Below, in pieces: positions 1 through 10,622 of a stretch of 64,000 nucleotides of DNA. The DNA comes from an uncultured bacterium. GTDB lineage: Bacteria > Patescibacteriota > Patescibacteriia > SG8-24 > DYFX01. Within the stretch, counting starts at the first letter, position 1, and each line of letters starts with the position of its first letter. A model generated the notes under the pieces. It was not told the origin of the DNA, did not search any database, and saw nothing but the letters and a program-made list of their open reading frames with translations. Where the stretch lies: positions 9,655 to 73,654 of the forward strand of contig CALCDZ010000002.1 in assembly GCA_937900255.1 (NCBI GenBank). Direction: 5' to 3'. The position numbers were made by a program, and so were the translations under genes.

Positions 1-8
1 AGGGGACT

Positions 9-1250
9 ATGGAGACATGGTGGAAAAAACTCGGCCCCGGCCTCGTGACCGGCGCGTCGGATGACGATCCGTCCGGTATCGCGACCTATTCGATCGGCGG
101 TGCCCAGACCGGGTATCGCCTGTTGTGGCTGGCGCTCTACACGATCCCGCTCATGATCGTCATCCAGGAGACGTGCGCCAGGATCGGCATCGTCACCGGC
201 AACGGCCTGGCCGGCACTATCCGCCGGCACTACAACCGCTGGCTGCTCATCCCGGTGGCCATCCTGCTCATCGGCGCCAATACCTTGAACATCGGCGCGG
301 ACCTGCACGGCATGGCTTCGGCCTCCGCCCTCCTCGTCCCTTTGCCGGAATGGCTGCTGGCGCTCCTCTTCGTCGCCGTCATCGTCGTGCTTCTCATCCG
401 CTTCCCGTACGACAAGATCGCCCGCGCCCTCAAGTGGCTGACGATCAGCCTGTTCACGTACGTGGCGGCGGCGTTCGTGACGCATCAGGACTGGCTGCAG
501 ATCCTCTGGTCGACCTTCGTTCCGCAGCTGCGGACGCTTTCCGGGGACAGCGCGGTCGTCGTAGCCGTGCTCGGAACGACCATCTCGCCGTATCTTTTCT
601 TCTGGATGGCGTCGGAGGAGGTCGAGGAGCATGAAGGCAGGAGCGCCGGTGGGGGCGTGCCCCCATCCAAGGCCATGGAGCTGAAGGGGATGCGCGAAGA
701 CGTCGGGTGGGGCATGGCGTTCTCGAACATCATCATGTTCTTCATCATCGCCACGACCGCCTCCGTCTTTTTCGGCCGCGGCCTGAACCCGGGGTCTTCC
801 ATCGCCGAGGTCGCTTCGGCCTTGCGTCCGCTCGCCGGAAACGCGGCCTTCCTGCTGTTCGCCTTGGGCGTGGTCGGGACGGGACTCCTGGCCATCCCGG
901 TCCTGGCCGGTTCCTCGGCCTACGTGCTGACCGAGGCGCTCGGCCTGCGCGGCGGCTTGTCCAAGAAGTTCCACGAGGCCAAGGCGTTCTACGGCACCAT
1001 CATCTTCTCCGGCGCGGTCGGTTTCCTGATGACGCTCTCCGGCTACGGGGCCGTCTACATGCTGTTCGCGACGGCCGTCGTCTACGGCGTCATTTCGCCG
1101 CCGCTCATCGCCGTCATCCTGCATATCGCCAACAACAGGACGGTGATGGGCGAGTACCGCAACGGCTGGATCGCCAACCTGTTCGGCTTCCTGACGCTCG
1201 CGGTCATGACCGCCGCCGCTGTCGTCCTGTTCACCCATCTTTCACCCTGA
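9..1250 (+). CDS. mntH: NRAMP-family divalent metal (Mn2+/Fe2+) transporter
   Basis: 413 aa polytopic membrane protein. N-terminal Nramp signature GPGLVTGASDDDPSG...GAQTGYRLLWL. ATG at 9 preceded by agggga. Confidence 0.85.
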   Translation: METWWKKLGPGLVTGASDDDPSGIATYSIGGAQTGYRLLWLALYTIPLMIVIQETCARIGIVTGNGLAGTIRRHYNRWLLIPVAILLIGANTLNIGADLHGMASASALLVPLPEWLLALLFVAVIVVLLIRFPYDKIARALKWLTISLFTYVAAAFVTHQDWLQILWSTFVPQLRTLSGDSAVVVAVLGTTISPYLFFWMASEEVEEHEGRSAGGGVPPSKAMELKGMREDVGWGMAFSNIIMFFIIATTASVFFGRGLNPGSSIAEVASALRPLAGNAAFLLFALGVVGTGLLAIPVLAGSSAYVLTEALGLRGGLSKKFHEAKAFYGTIIFSGAVGFLMTLSGYGAVYMLFATAVVYGVISPPLIAVILHIANNRTVMGEYRNGWIANLFGFLTLAVMTAAAVVLFTHLSP

Positions 1251-1257
1251 AGACCGC

Positions 1258-2616
1258 ATGAACATCCATTTTTTCGGTGCCGCCGAGGAAGTCACCGGCA
1301 CGTGCTACCTGCTCGAGACCGGCAGTCACAAGATCCTGATCGATTGCGGCATCTTCCAGGGCGGCACGGGCGACGGCCCGCGCAACCACCTGCCGTTCCC
1401 GTTCAAGCCTTCCGAGATCGACGCGGTCTTCGTGACGCACCCGCACATGGATCATGTCGGCCGCGTACCGCAGCTCGTGAAACGCGGCTATCGCGGTCCG
1501 ATCTTCGCCACCGCGCCGACCTGCGACCTGGCGCAGCTCCTTTGGAAGGACATGCTCGCGGTCATGCAGGACGCCTTCAAGCGTGAGCATGTCGAACCGC
1601 TCTATGACGAGCATGACGTTGCGCGGGCGGGGGAGCGGCTCGAGGCGGTCGAATACGGCGAAAGGACGGAAATCTGTGCCGGGGCATTCAAGGCGACGTT
1701 CCATGACGCGGGTCACGTGCTCGGATCCGCCTTCATCGAGATCGAAGCCGAAGGCAAGACGATCGTCTTTTCAGGCGATCTCGGCAACGACGACGTGCCG
1801 ATCCTGCGCCCGACCGCCCGCCTGCCGAAGTGCGACGCGCTCGTGATCGAATCGACCTACGGGGACCGGCTGCACGAGAGCCTGGACACGCGCGTCAGCG
1901 TCCTGCGCGAGCTCGTGCTGCGGACGGTCGCCGAGAAGGGCGTGCTCATGATCCCGACCTTCGCCATCGAGCGCACGCAGGAACTGATGCTGACGCTCCA
2001 CCGCCTGGCCGAAAAGAAGGAGATCCCGCGCGTGCCGCTCTTCCTCGACAGCCCGCTCGCGATCGAGGCGACGCACGTCTACGAGGAGTACACCCGCTAT
2101 TTCAACGGGACGGCGCAGGACGAGTTCCTCTCCGGCCACCAGCTTTTCAGCCTGCCGGGTTTCGTCGCCACCAAGACGGTCGACATGAGCAAGCGCATCA
2201 ACGAGGTCATGCCGCCCAAGATCATCCTGGCTGGTGCCGGCATGATGACGGGCGGTCGCATCCTCCATCACTTGGTCCGCTATCTTCCCGACCCGCATTC
2301 GACGCTGCTCATCGTCGGGTACCAAGCCATCGGGACGATCGGGCGGAGGCTGTACGAGGGCGCCAAGATGGTGCGCATCCACGGGCAGGACATCCCGGTG
2401 CGCGCCACGATCACGTCGATCGGCGCCTGGAGCGCGCACGCCGACCAGGCCAAGCTGCTGCGCTGGGTAAGGGAAGGGGAGCATGCGCCAAAGATCGTCT
2501 TCGTCACGCACGGGGAACATAACGCGTCCGACACGCTCGCCCGGAAGTTCCGGCGCGACATGGGTATCGACGCCTATGTGCCGAAACCCGGACAGATGTT
2601 CGACTTGCACGCCTGA
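1258..2616 (+). CDS. MBL-fold beta-CASP family hydrolase (RNA-metabolising metallo-beta-lactamase, RNase J/CPSF-like)
   Basis: 452 aa. HPHMDHVG (HxHxDH) zinc motif, with downstream beta-CASP-like region. High GC3 in this frame. Antisense ORFs 1231..1716 and 1771..2637 are rejected. Confidence 0.75.
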   Translation: MNIHFFGAAEEVTGTCYLLETGSHKILIDCGIFQGGTGDGPRNHLPFPFKPSEIDAVFVTHPHMDHVGRVPQLVKRGYRGPIFATAPTCDLAQLLWKDMLAVMQDAFKREHVEPLYDEHDVARAGERLEAVEYGERTEICAGAFKATFHDAGHVLGSAFIEIEAEGKTIVFSGDLGNDDVPILRPTARLPKCDALVIESTYGDRLHESLDTRVSVLRELVLRTVAEKGVLMIPTFAIERTQELMLTLHRLAEKKEIPRVPLFLDSPLAIEATHVYEEYTRYFNGTAQDEFLSGHQLFSLPGFVATKTVDMSKRINEVMPPKIILAGAGMMTGGRILHHLVRYLPDPHSTLLIVGYQAIGTIGRRLYEGAKMVRIHGQDIPVRATITSIGAWSAHADQAKLLRWVREGEHAPKIVFVTHGEHNASDTLARKFRRDMGIDAYVPKPGQMFDLHA

Positions 2617-2624
2617 AGGAAACG

Positions 2625-2652
2625 AAAAAACCGCCATGAGGCGGTTTTTTCT
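2625..2652. terminator. Bidirectional rho-independent terminator between convergent genes
   Basis: AAAAAACCGCC-atga-GGCGGTTTTTT perfect hairpin with A/T tracts on both sides. Confidence 0.8.
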
Positions 2653-2658
2653 TCCCGT

Positions 2659-3213
2659 TCAGAGCGAGGCGTCGGCGTTCGCGCTCTCGGACATCTCGGA
2701 GGCGGCACTCGGTCCGCAGGCGCGGCGATCCTTCGAGGACTGTTCCCAGGCGGACTTCTTGGCGGCGCGCCAGGTCTTGAGCGTCGCGCGCTGGGCTTCG
2801 TTCGCGGTCTTCCAGGCGGCGCTGATGGCTGTCCGGCGCGCGGCGCGGTCGGTCATCGCCCAGGCGGCGGCGAGCGCGGTCCTGCGGGCCGCGAGGTTCG
2901 CCGTGGTTCCGCTTGCGTAGGCGCTCCAACCGGCGGCGATGGCGACCTCGCGCTTGTCGACGGCGGCCGCGACGCAGGCGCGCGCGGCTTCCGCTTGCGC
3001 GGCCGTGGCGGCGGCCTTGTCGGCCCTGGCCTTTTCGCGTTCCGCCTTGATCCGGTCTTCGAGCGCTTTTCGCTGGTCTTTCAGGCTCTCGATAGTCGAG
3101 GATGTGGAAGACGTTTCACGCATCGGACCGGCGTTCTCGGCCAGGACCGGGCCGGCCAAGAGCAGGGTCAGGACGGCGGCGGTACCGGCGATTCTCGCGA
3201 TCTTGAAGGACAT
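2659..3213 (-). CDS. Secreted Ala-rich coiled-coil hypothetical protein
   Basis: 184 aa. N-terminal signal peptide (MSFKIARIAGTAAVLTLLLAGPVLA), followed by an A/K/E/R-rich low-complexity region. The terminator lies directly downstream. Confidence 0.5.
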   Translation of the reverse strand: MSFKIARIAGTAAVLTLLLAGPVLAENAGPMRETSSTSSTIESLKDQRKALEDRIKAEREKARADKAAATAAQAEAARACVAAAVDKREVAIAAGWSAYASGTTANLAARRTALAAAWAMTDRAARRTAISAAWKTANEAQRATLKTWRAAKKSAWEQSSKDRRACGPSAASEMSESANADASL

Positions 3214-3363
3214 GCTTCAAACGAGTGAGGGATTTAAAAACGCACTTATCCAGTATAACACCTTCAAAAAATTGGCTCAAACAAGCGGAAATACAAGCGG
3301 CTCCGCGCGAATCTGGTACTGATTTTTCCGCTTAAATAAGCCAATTATTGATGTCATGCTCTA

Positions 3364-3392
3364 TTGACAAATCGGTAAAATCGTGCTATCAT
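3364..3392 (+). promoter_or_regulatory. Sigma70-type promoter (TTGACA-17-TATCAT) for the small-protein operon
   Basis: TTGACA at 3364-3369, a 17-nt spacer and TATCAT at 3387-3392, within an AT-rich 230-bp intergenic region. Confidence 0.6.
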
Positions 3393-3439
3393 CGCTTCAT
3401 CAAGATACGGTTGTACTTCCCTCAACCCAGGAGTTACAA

Positions 3440-3778
3440 GTGAAGGTTTCACTCATTGTCCTCGCTCTCATTGCTTCCGTCGGCTGCGCCCAGTTCCAGA
3501 AGCCGGTGTCCGTGCTCGATTCCCAACCCGTCGTGCATCGCGACATCCAGAGCTTCACCGTCCGCAACTTCGGCCCGAACGGCCGGATCGAGACCGTCAA
3601 GAAGGTGGTCCTCGACGAGGTCGGCATCGTCACCGAAGGGCCCTGCCAGTTCGAGGACGGGACCACGGCCGCCCACTGCGTGATGTGGTCGGCGAGCGAC
3701 GGCCCGCGACAGATGGAACTCAAACCCGGCTGGGGCCTGAGCGTCGTCACGGCGACCGTGATCGAAGACATCAACTGA
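3440..3778 (+). CDS. Small secreted/lipoprotein-like hypothetical protein (GTG start)
   Basis: AGGAG lies 7 nt upstream of GTG 3440. Signal peptide VKVSLIVLALIASVGC. 112 aa with high GC3. Confidence 0.5.
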   Translation: MKVSLIVLALIASVGCAQFQKPVSVLDSQPVVHRDIQSFTVRNFGPNGRIETVKKVVLDEVGIVTEGPCQFEDGTTAAHCVMWSASDGPRQMELKPGWGLSVVTATVIEDIN

Positions 3779-3900
3779 TCTTAACCTCCGCCCACCTCGG
3801 GACCCTCGCGTCCCGTTTCCGTCAAAGCCCCCGACACGTGTCGAGGACTCCGACGGGAATCGCGTACGTCCAATCCCTCATCGCAACAAGGAGATTCCTG

Positions 3901-4257
3901 ATGAAGAAGCTGCTCATTTCCATCACGGTTGCCTGCATCGCCCTGTTCTGCGCACGGATCGTCCGCGCCGACGGCTCCGGGTGGACCTCCATCGAGCGCA
4001 AGCTCATCAACGTGGAGGAGGTCCGTCTCGACTACACGACGTTCCGTGGTGGGGAGCCCCAGCTCCGCCGGGCGTCGGTGAAGACTGAGCCGAAAAATGC
4101 TGTCATCGTCGTCACTCGCGTCGATAACGCGGGGGAAGTCGTCGGTGCTTGCGTCTACGAGGAGCTGTCGCCCACGGCGAAGGATGGCAGTCGGAAGATT
4201 GTCCGGCTGCATTGCATCCAGCAGAAGGTGGTCATTAGCTACGTCTACGCGCGGTGA
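3901..4257 (+). CDS. Small secreted hypothetical protein
   Basis: AAGGAG RBS precedes ATG 3901. Signal peptide MKKLLISITVACIALFCARIVRA. 118 aa. Confidence 0.55.
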   Translation: MKKLLISITVACIALFCARIVRADGSGWTSIERKLINVEEVRLDYTTFRGGEPQLRRASVKTEPKNAVIVVTRVDNAGEVVGACVYEELSPTAKDGSRKIVRLHCIQQKVVISYVYAR

Positions 4258-4294
4258 AACCGCATGTTCCAACCCCATCCGCAAGGAGCTCGTC

Positions 4295-4510
4295 ATGCTC
4301 AAGCTCAGACGCGAGGTGCCCGTGTTCGGAAATCGGGACTATGTCCCGCCGAATGGAAGCAACCTTTTTGACTGGATCATCGGGACCGTCTTCCTCATCG
4401 TGCTGCTCGGCTGGGCCGAGTCCAAGGCGATGCAGGTCATCGAAGACGTCGGAACGCGCATCGTCCCGTGCTTGTCCGCATCAGGAGAGCTGGTGTCGTG
4501 TCGGCGCTGA
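4295..4510 (+). CDS. Small single-TM membrane hypothetical protein
   Basis: AAGGAG RBS precedes ATG 4295. 71 aa with a central hydrophobic helix IIGTVFLIVLLGW. Confidence 0.4.
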   Translation: MLKLRREVPVFGNRDYVPPNGSNLFDWIIGTVFLIVLLGWAESKAMQVIEDVGTRIVPCLSASGELVSCRR

Positions 4511-4788
4511 TGGTCTTCGTGGCGGTCTGCTGCATCGCGTGGGCGCTCACCATCCGGCCGGGGCCGCCTGCCCCTCGAGTCGTCGTGCAGCACGCCACGA
4601 ACCTGAACCTGCACGTGCACATCCAGAACGATGTGCGCACGCTGGTGGTCCAGCCGCCTGCACTGGTCGCCAAAGCGGCTCCCGCCCCCGCGCTGCCTGC
4701 CACTTCCGCCGGGCCATCCAAGGCACTGGCGGCGTACTCCGAGCCCTCAACCTCCGTGGTTCCAAGCGGCCGCAAGACGGTCGCCTGA
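4498..4788 (+). CDS. Small signal-anchored Pro/Ala-rich hypothetical protein
   Basis: AGGAG at 4482-4486 precedes GTG 4498. Hydrophobic N-terminus SALMVFVAVCCIAWALT. Overlaps the previous gene in another frame. The start is uncertain and could be GTG 4468. Confidence 0.35.
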   Translation: MSALMVFVAVCCIAWALTIRPGPPAPRVVVQHATNLNLHVHIQNDVRTLVVQPPALVAKAAPAPALPATSAGPSKALAAYSEPSTSVVPSGRKTVA

Positions 4789-4809
4789 ACGACGTACAAA
4801 CCCTCAGCC

Positions 4810-4840
4810 AGAGACCCTAGAAAGGGTCTCTTGTCATATT
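4810..4840 (+). terminator. Rho-independent terminator closing the small-protein operon
   Basis: AGAGACCC-tagaaa-GGGTCTCT hairpin followed by tgtcatattt. Confidence 0.6.
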
Positions 4841-4938
4841 TGGGCGCTATCGTCTTTCTTATCTGTCAGGCTTGACATTTCACAGGAAAACTGATAACCT
4901 CTCAACGTCCATCAACGACCTTTCCAAAGGAAAAACCG

Positions 4939-5817
4939 ATGCGTACCACCGTCCTCGTGATGCTGTCGCTGCTGTGCACCCTCTTCCTGGGCGCCTGCGG
5001 CGCCCGTCAGTTCCGGGCGGCGATGCCCGCGTCGTTCCTGCAGACCCCGGTGACGGTCCGTACGGACGCCGTCAAGGCCGATCCGTCCGAGTTCGCGAAC
5101 CCCACCGTGGCCGAGAAGGCGACCGAAACCGCTTCGCCGCCCGTAGCGGACGCGGCACGGGATCGTTCCATCGTCCAAGGAGACATCGACGCCAAGGCGT
5201 CGCAGCACTCCGCAGCGATGCGAACCATAGGCGACCGTCGGCGTGCCTCTTCGGCGCCTTCGCGCAATGGCGCGCTGGTCGCGGCACTGCGCGTCGATCC
5301 GAGCCGTTCGCGTCGCCAGGATGCCGCCTACCGCTCCTGGCTCTGGGGCTGGTTCGACCGGCTCTCCATGCACGATAGACCCGTGACTGCCCGCGTCGCG
5401 CAAGCGACGGCCGGCCAGGCCGTGCGACCTGAAATGGTTGCGGTGTCCGCCGTGCCCATGAACGTCGCGACGGTCGGTCCCGTCCTCGTCGGAGAGCACG
5501 GCTTCGTCGCCGCGCTGTCCGTCGGGCTCAACGTCCCTGCCGTAGGGCCCTTCAAAGGGGGGGAGCATCTGTCGCTCCTGCTGCGCAGGTTCCTCTGCGC
5601 GGCGTTGCTCGGTACCCTCTTGGGAATCTGGCTCGTCCGTCGTTCCCGACGCCAGAGCTGGTACGCTCCGGCGTCGGACGGCGCTCCGAATTCCACGCTC
5701 ATGATCCGCTTGGAGCCCTCCTGGCGCCTGCGGATCTGGTGGAGACGCCTCCTGTCCAGACAACCATGTCCGCCCCCGCGATCGTCGCAACGGACACTGT
5801 CTGGACCGAGCCCCTGA
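4939..5817 (+). CDS. Hypothetical lipoprotein
   Basis: AAGGAAAAAACCG lies before ATG 4939. Signal peptide with lipobox LGAC. High GC3 throughout the + frame. Contains a G7 tract at 5557-5563. The antisense 324-aa and 929-aa ORFs are rejected. Confidence 0.55.
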   Translation: MRTTVLVMLSLLCTLFLGACGARQFRAAMPASFLQTPVTVRTDAVKADPSEFANPTVAEKATETASPPVADAARDRSIVQGDIDAKASQHSAAMRTIGDRRRASSAPSRNGALVAALRVDPSRSRRQDAAYRSWLWGWFDRLSMHDRPVTARVAQATAGQAVRPEMVAVSAVPMNVATVGPVLVGEHGFVAALSVGLNVPAVGPFKGGEHLSLLLRRFLCAALLGTLLGIWLVRRSRRQSWYAPASDGAPNSTLMIRLEPSWRLRIWWRRLLSRQPCPPPRSSQRTLSGPSP

Positions 5818-5838
5818 CGTCTCATCACCCCTCGCGCC

Positions 5839-5872
5839 GACCCGCTTGCTCGCAAGCGGGTCCTTCTTTTTT
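5839..5872 (+). terminator. Rho-independent terminator upstream of uvrB
   Basis: GACCCGCTTGC-tc-GCAAGCGGGTC followed by CTTCTTTTTT. Confidence 0.7.
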
Positions 5873-5908
5873 GACACGTTCGCCATCGCGCCTGATAGCT
5901 TGGTATCA

Positions 5909-5937
5909 TTGACAAAGCCTCTCCTGAACGGTATTTT
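5909..5937 (+). promoter_or_regulatory. Candidate uvrB promoter (TTGACA-17-TATTTT) with a very short leader
   Basis: TTGACA at 5909-5914, a 17-nt spacer and TATTTT at 5932-5937. The ATG lies only 8 nt downstream. Confidence 0.4.
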
Positions 5938-5945
5938 GCGTCCTT

Positions 5946-8003
5946 ATGACGTTCAAGCTCAAAGCCCCCTACAGCCCGGCCGGCGACCAGCCGCAAGCCA
6001 TCGAAAAGCTCGTGGCCGGTTTGCGTTCGGGGATGAAGGCGCAGACGCTGCTCGGCGTGACCGGCTCCGGCAAGACCTATACGGTCGCGAACGTCATCCA
6101 GCAGGTCCAGAAGCCGACGCTCATCCTGGCGCACAACAAGACCTTGGCCGCCCAGCTCTGCAACGAGTTCCGCGAGTTCTTCCCGGAGAATGCCGTGGAG
6201 TATTTCGTGTCCTATTACGACTACTACCAGCCGGAAGCCTACGTCCCTTCGAGCGACACTTACATCGAGAAGGAGGCGATGATCAACCAGGAGATCGACC
6301 GCCTGCGCCATGCCACGACGCAGGCGCTCCTGACGCGCAAGGACGTCATCATCGTGGCGTCGGTCTCGTGCATCTACGGCCTGGGCGCGCCCGAAGCCTA
6401 CGAGAAGACGCTCATCCATTTCAAGACGGGGGAGAGGATCACCCGCGAGGCCATCCTCAAACGTTTCATCGAGATGCAGTTCACGCGCAACGCCACCGAG
6501 CTCCAGCGCGGCCAATTCCGCGTGCGAGGGGAGACGATCGAAGTCATGCCGGCGGGCGAGGAGATGATCTACCGTATCGAGACGGGCCTGGGCGACATCA
6601 AGGGCATCTACCGCATCGATCCGGTCACCAGGAAGCGCGCCGAGCGGGTCGAAGACGTCTGGATCTTCCCGGCCAAACACTTCATCACCGATGCCGACGA
6701 TCGGGTCCGCGCCTTGAAATCCATCGAGGCGGAGCTCAAGGCCCAGCTCGAGAAGTTCCGGAAGGAGGGCAAGCTGCTCGAAGCCGAACGGCTCGATCGC
6801 CGCACGCGCTATGACATGGCCATGATGCGCGAAGTCGGGTACTGCCATGGCATCGAGAACTACTCGCAGCCGCTTTCCGGGCGTCCGCCCGGCGCTCCGC
6901 CGGACACGCTGCTTTCGTATTTCCCCGAGGATTTCATGCTGGTCATCGACGAATCGCACGTGACTATCCCGCAGGTGGGCGGCATGTCCAACGGCGACGC
7001 CGCGCGCAAGAAGACGCTCATCGACTACGGCTTCCGTCTGCCGAGCGCGGCCGACAACCGCCCGCTCACTTGGAAGGAGTTCGAGGAGCGCATGCCGCAG
7101 ACGCTGTTCGTTTCGGCCACGCCCGGAAAATACGAAGCCGAACATTCCGACCAGACCGTCGAACAGATCATTCGCCCGACCGGCCTCGTCGACCCTGAGG
7201 TCATCGTCATGCCCGTCACGGCCCAGGATGCCTCGGCGGTCAAGCAAGCGGTCGGCGAAAACGATACGCTCGCTTCCGAGTACTCGCACCCCGGCTACCC
7301 CGGCCAGGTCGAGGACTTGATCGTCCGCATCAAGGACCGCATCAAGAAGGACGAGCGCGTCATGGCCACCACCCTCACCAAGAAGATGGCCGAGGACCTG
7401 ACGGAATACCTCGAGTCGCTCAAGATCAAGGTCAAGTACATCCACTCGGACGTCGAGACGCTCGACCGCATCCGGATCCTGCACGAGTTCCGCAAGGGCG
7501 TATTCGACGTGCTGATCGGCGTCAACCTGCTGCGCGAAGGCCTGGACCTGCCGGAAGTCTCGCTGGTGGCCATCCTCGACGCGGACAAGGAAGGTTTCCT
7601 GCGTTCGGAAACGTCTCTCATCCAGACCATCGGCCGCGCCGCCCGCAACGTCGGCGGCCAGGTCGTGCTCTATGCCGATGGCGATACCGGTTCGCTCTCG
7701 CGCGCCATCCGGGAGACCAATCGACGCCGTGAGCGCCAGCTGGCCTATAACAAGGAGCACGGCATCACGCCCAAGACCGTCAAGAAGGCGCTGACCTCGA
7801 TGTTCACCGAAATCGAGAAGACCCGCGAGAAGGCCGCCAAGAAGAACCTGGAGCTGGAAGCCAAGGCCGAGAAGCGCCCCGTCGACGAGGTGCTGCGGGA
7901 GAAGGAGGCTCAGATGCGCGAAGCGGCCAAGAACCTGGAGTTCGAGCTGGCGGCGCTCTTGCGCGACGAGATCGCGGCCCTCAAGAAAAAACGGAAGAAA
8001 TGA
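5946..8003 (+). CDS. uvrB: Excinuclease ABC subunit B
   Basis: 685 aa. GVTGSGKT Walker A, helicase motifs, and a C-terminal UVR domain ([18 protein letters not shown]). Confidence 0.95.
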   Translation: MTFKLKAPYSPAGDQPQAIEKLVAGLRSGMKAQTLLGVTGSGKTYTVANVIQQVQKPTLILAHNKTLAAQLCNEFREFFPENAVEYFVSYYDYYQPEAYVPSSDTYIEKEAMINQEIDRLRHATTQALLTRKDVIIVASVSCIYGLGAPEAYEKTLIHFKTGERITREAILKRFIEMQFTRNATELQRGQFRVRGETIEVMPAGEEMIYRIETGLGDIKGIYRIDPVTRKRAERVEDVWIFPAKHFITDADDRVRALKSIEAELKAQLEKFRKEGKLLEAERLDRRTRYDMAMMREVGYCHGIENYSQPLSGRPPGAPPDTLLSYFPEDFMLVIDESHVTIPQVGGMSNGDAARKKTLIDYGFRLPSAADNRPLTWKEFEERMPQTLFVSATPGKYEAEHSDQTVEQIIRPTGLVDPEVIVMPVTAQDASAVKQAVGENDTLASEYSHPGYPGQVEDLIVRIKDRIKKDERVMATTLTKKMAEDLTEYLESLKIKVKYIHSDVETLDRIRILHEFRKGVFDVLIGVNLLREGLDLPEVSLVAILDADKEGFLRSETSLIQTIGRAARNVGGQVVLYADGDTGSLSRAIRETNRRRERQLAYNKEHGITPKTVKKALTSMFTEIEKTREKAAKKNLELEAKAEKRPVDEVLREKEAQMREAAKNLEFELAALLRDEIAALKKKRKK

Positions 8004-8004
8004 T

Positions 8005-10593
8005 ATGCAAGACAAGATCGTCATCAAGGGCGCGCGCGAGCACAACCTCAAGAACGTCGACCTGGAACTGCCCCGCAACAAGATGATCGTCCTCACGGGC
8101 GTCTCGGGCTCCGGCAAGTCGAGCCTGGCTTTCGATACGGTCTTCGCCGAGGGCCAGCGCCGCTACGTGGAATCGCTTTCCGCCTACGCCCGCCAGTTCC
8201 TCGGCCAGATGCAGAAGCCGGACGTCGATGAGATCGAAGGCCTCAGTCCCGCCATCGCCATCGACCAGAAGGCGCACTCCTCGAACCCGCGTTCGACCGT
8301 CGCCACCATCACCGAAATTTACGATTACCTGCGCGTGCTCTACGCCCGCGTCGGACGTCCGCACTGCGTCATCTGCAAGAAGGAGATCCGCAAACTCACT
8401 CCTGAAGCCATCGTCGACGCTGCCATCGAGCGCACGAAAGCCATCCATTCCCAGCAGGTCGAGGAAAACAAGGCGATCGCGGGGAAGGAGTCCCTTCTGA
8501 AGAAGAAGAAAACCCATTTCGACCACATTCAGGTGCTGGCCCCGATCGTCCGCGGGCGCAAGGGCGAGTACATGCAGATGTTGAACGACCTTTATACGTC
8601 CGGCTTCTCCGACGTGCGCATCGACGGCAAATGGAAGAACCTCCGGAACCGCATCACGCTCGCCAAGTACGGCACGCATACGATCGAGCTGCTGATCGAC
8701 CGCGTGCCGCTCGGCTGGCCGCTCGAGAACAACAAGGGTTTCCGCAGCCAGCTGGCCGAAGCCGTCGAGACGGCGCTCGACCGCGCCAAGGGCGTGGTGA
8801 CGTTCGTGTATTCGGACGGCACCGAGCATGTCATGTCTTCCGAATACGCCTGCCCGGACGACGGCTTCTCGTTCCCGGAGGTCGAGCCGCGCCTCTTCTC
8901 TTTCAACAGCCCGTATGGCGCCTGCCCCGAATGTCATGGCCTCGGCACCGAGTCGGTCTGGAGCGATAAGCCGTGCGCCGCCTGCCATGGAGCGCGCCTG
9001 CGGCCGGAAGCCCTGCATGTCTGGCTCGGCGGCAAGAAGAGCATCCTGGACGTCACCGGGTTCTCGATCGAAGAAGCGGCCGATTTCTTCAAGGGGCTCA
9101 AGCTTTCGGAAACGGAACAGGAGATCTCGCTCTCGGTCCTGAAGGAGATCACTTCGCGCCTGCAGTTCATGCTGGACGTCGGACTGAACTACCTGACGCT
9201 CGCCCGCAAGGCAGGCACGCTTTCTGGCGGCGAAGCCCAGCGCATCCGGCTGGCGTCGCAGATCGGCTCCAAGCTGGTCGGTGCGCTCTACGTGCTGGAT
9301 GAGCCGACCATCGGATTGCACCAGCGCGACAACGCCAAGCTCCTCGAGACGCTCACGCACCTGCGCGACATCGGCAACACGATTTTGGTGGTTGAGCACG
9401 ACGAAGACACCATCTTCACCGCCGATCATCTCGTCGACTTCGGCCCCAGGGCAGGCAAGCACGGCGGGCGCATCGTGGCGCAGGGGGCGATGCCGGACGT
9501 GCTGGTGAAAGGACCGGCCAACAAGGAGTCGCTCACGGTCCAATACCTGAACGGCGACCTGAAGATCGCCGTGCCGCGCACTCGGCGCACGAAGGACAGG
9601 GGATCGATCAAGATCAAGGGCGCTTCCGAGAACAACCTCAAGGATGTCGATGTCGAGATCCCGCTCGGCAAGTTCGTCTGCCTGACCGGCGTCTCGGGCT
9701 CCGGAAAGTCCACGCTGATGGAGGAAGTCCTGTGGCGTTCGCTTTCCAACAAGCTGAACGGCACCAACTACAAGCCCGGCAAGCACAAGCAGATCCTCGG
9801 TCTCGAGCATCTCGACAAGTGCATCGTCATCGACCAGTCGCCGATCGGCCGCACGCCGCGCTCGAACCCCGCCACCTATACCGGTTCCTGGACGCACATC
9901 CGCGAGCTGTTCGCCACTACGCCGGAAGCCCGCATGCGCGGATACCAGGTCGGACGTTTCTCCTTCAACCGCCCGGGCGGACGCTGCGAGAACTGCGAAG
10001 GCAACGGTCAGATCGCCATCGAGATGCATTTCCTTCCGACCGTCTACGTCCAGTGCGACGTCTGCAAGGGCCGGCGTTTCGACCGCGAAACGTTGGAGGT
10101 GAAGTACAAGGACAAGTCCATCTACGACATCCTCAGGATGACGGTGGAGGAGGCGTCCGAATTCTTCCGCGACATCCCGTGGATCCACGACAAGATCAAG
10201 CTGCTGAAGGAAGTTGGTCTCGATTACCTCGAGCTCGGCCAGAGCGCGACCTCGCTCTCCGGCGGCGAGGCGCAGCGTGTCAAGCTCGCATCCGAACTCT
10301 CCAAGCGCCAGACCGGCCGCACCATCTACCTGCTCGACGAGCCGACCACCGGCCTCCACTTCGCCGACATCGACAAGCTGCTGGAGGTCCTGCACCGCCT
10401 CGTGAACTACGGCAACACAGTGCTGGTCATCGAGCATAACCTCGACGTCATCAAGACGGCTGACCACGTGATCGACCTCGGTCCCGAAGGCGGCGACCGC
10501 GGCGGGGAAGTGGTGGCCCAAGGCACGCCGGAAGAGATCGTCAGGAGCGCCAAGTCGCTGACGGGGAAGTACCTGAAAAAGTACCTGAAATGA
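8005..10593 (+). CDS. uvrA: Excinuclease ABC subunit A
   Basis: 862 aa. Two ABC ATPase modules ([10 protein letters not shown] / [18 protein letters not shown] x2) and zinc-finger Cys clusters. Starts 1 nt after the uvrB stop. Confidence 0.95.
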   Translation: MQDKIVIKGAREHNLKNVDLELPRNKMIVLTGVSGSGKSSLAFDTVFAEGQRRYVESLSAYARQFLGQMQKPDVDEIEGLSPAIAIDQKAHSSNPRSTVATITEIYDYLRVLYARVGRPHCVICKKEIRKLTPEAIVDAAIERTKAIHSQQVEENKAIAGKESLLKKKKTHFDHIQVLAPIVRGRKGEYMQMLNDLYTSGFSDVRIDGKWKNLRNRITLAKYGTHTIELLIDRVPLGWPLENNKGFRSQLAEAVETALDRAKGVVTFVYSDGTEHVMSSEYACPDDGFSFPEVEPRLFSFNSPYGACPECHGLGTESVWSDKPCAACHGARLRPEALHVWLGGKKSILDVTGFSIEEAADFFKGLKLSETEQEISLSVLKEITSRLQFMLDVGLNYLTLARKAGTLSGGEAQRIRLASQIGSKLVGALYVLDEPTIGLHQRDNAKLLETLTHLRDIGNTILVVEHDEDTIFTADHLVDFGPRAGKHGGRIVAQGAMPDVLVKGPANKESLTVQYLNGDLKIAVPRTRRTKDRGSIKIKGASENNLKDVDVEIPLGKFVCLTGVSGSGKSTLMEEVLWRSLSNKLNGTNYKPGKHKQILGLEHLDKCIVIDQSPIGRTPRSNPATYTGSWTHIRELFATTPEARMRGYQVGRFSFNRPGGRCENCEGNGQIAIEMHFLPTVYVQCDVCKGRRFDRETLEVKYKDKSIYDILRMTVEEASEFFRDIPWIHDKIKLLKEVGLDYLELGQSATSLSGGEAQRVKLASELSKRQTGRTIYLLDEPTTGLHFADIDKLLEVLHRLVNYGNTVLVIEHNLDVIKTADHVIDLGPEGGDRGGEVVAQGTPEEIVRSAKSLTGKYLKKYLK

Positions 10594-10622
10594 AAAAAAC
10601 GCCCAGGGCTACGCGCCGGGCG

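Noticed and set aside
3364-5915. Recurrence of TATCAT and TTGACAA elements near 3364-3392 and 5901-5915 as a possible shared regulatory motif.
   Set aside because: Both are explained as ordinary -35/-10 consensus hexamers. The order and orientation differ, so there is no evidence for a distinct shared operator.
5328-8117. 929-aa minus-strand ORF overlapping uvrB (and similar: 7981..10521, 846 aa, opposite uvrA).
   Set aside because: The translated sequence is R/A/G/D/L/V low-complexity, typical of antisense of GC-rich coding DNA. The plus-strand frames encode unmistakable UvrB/UvrA.
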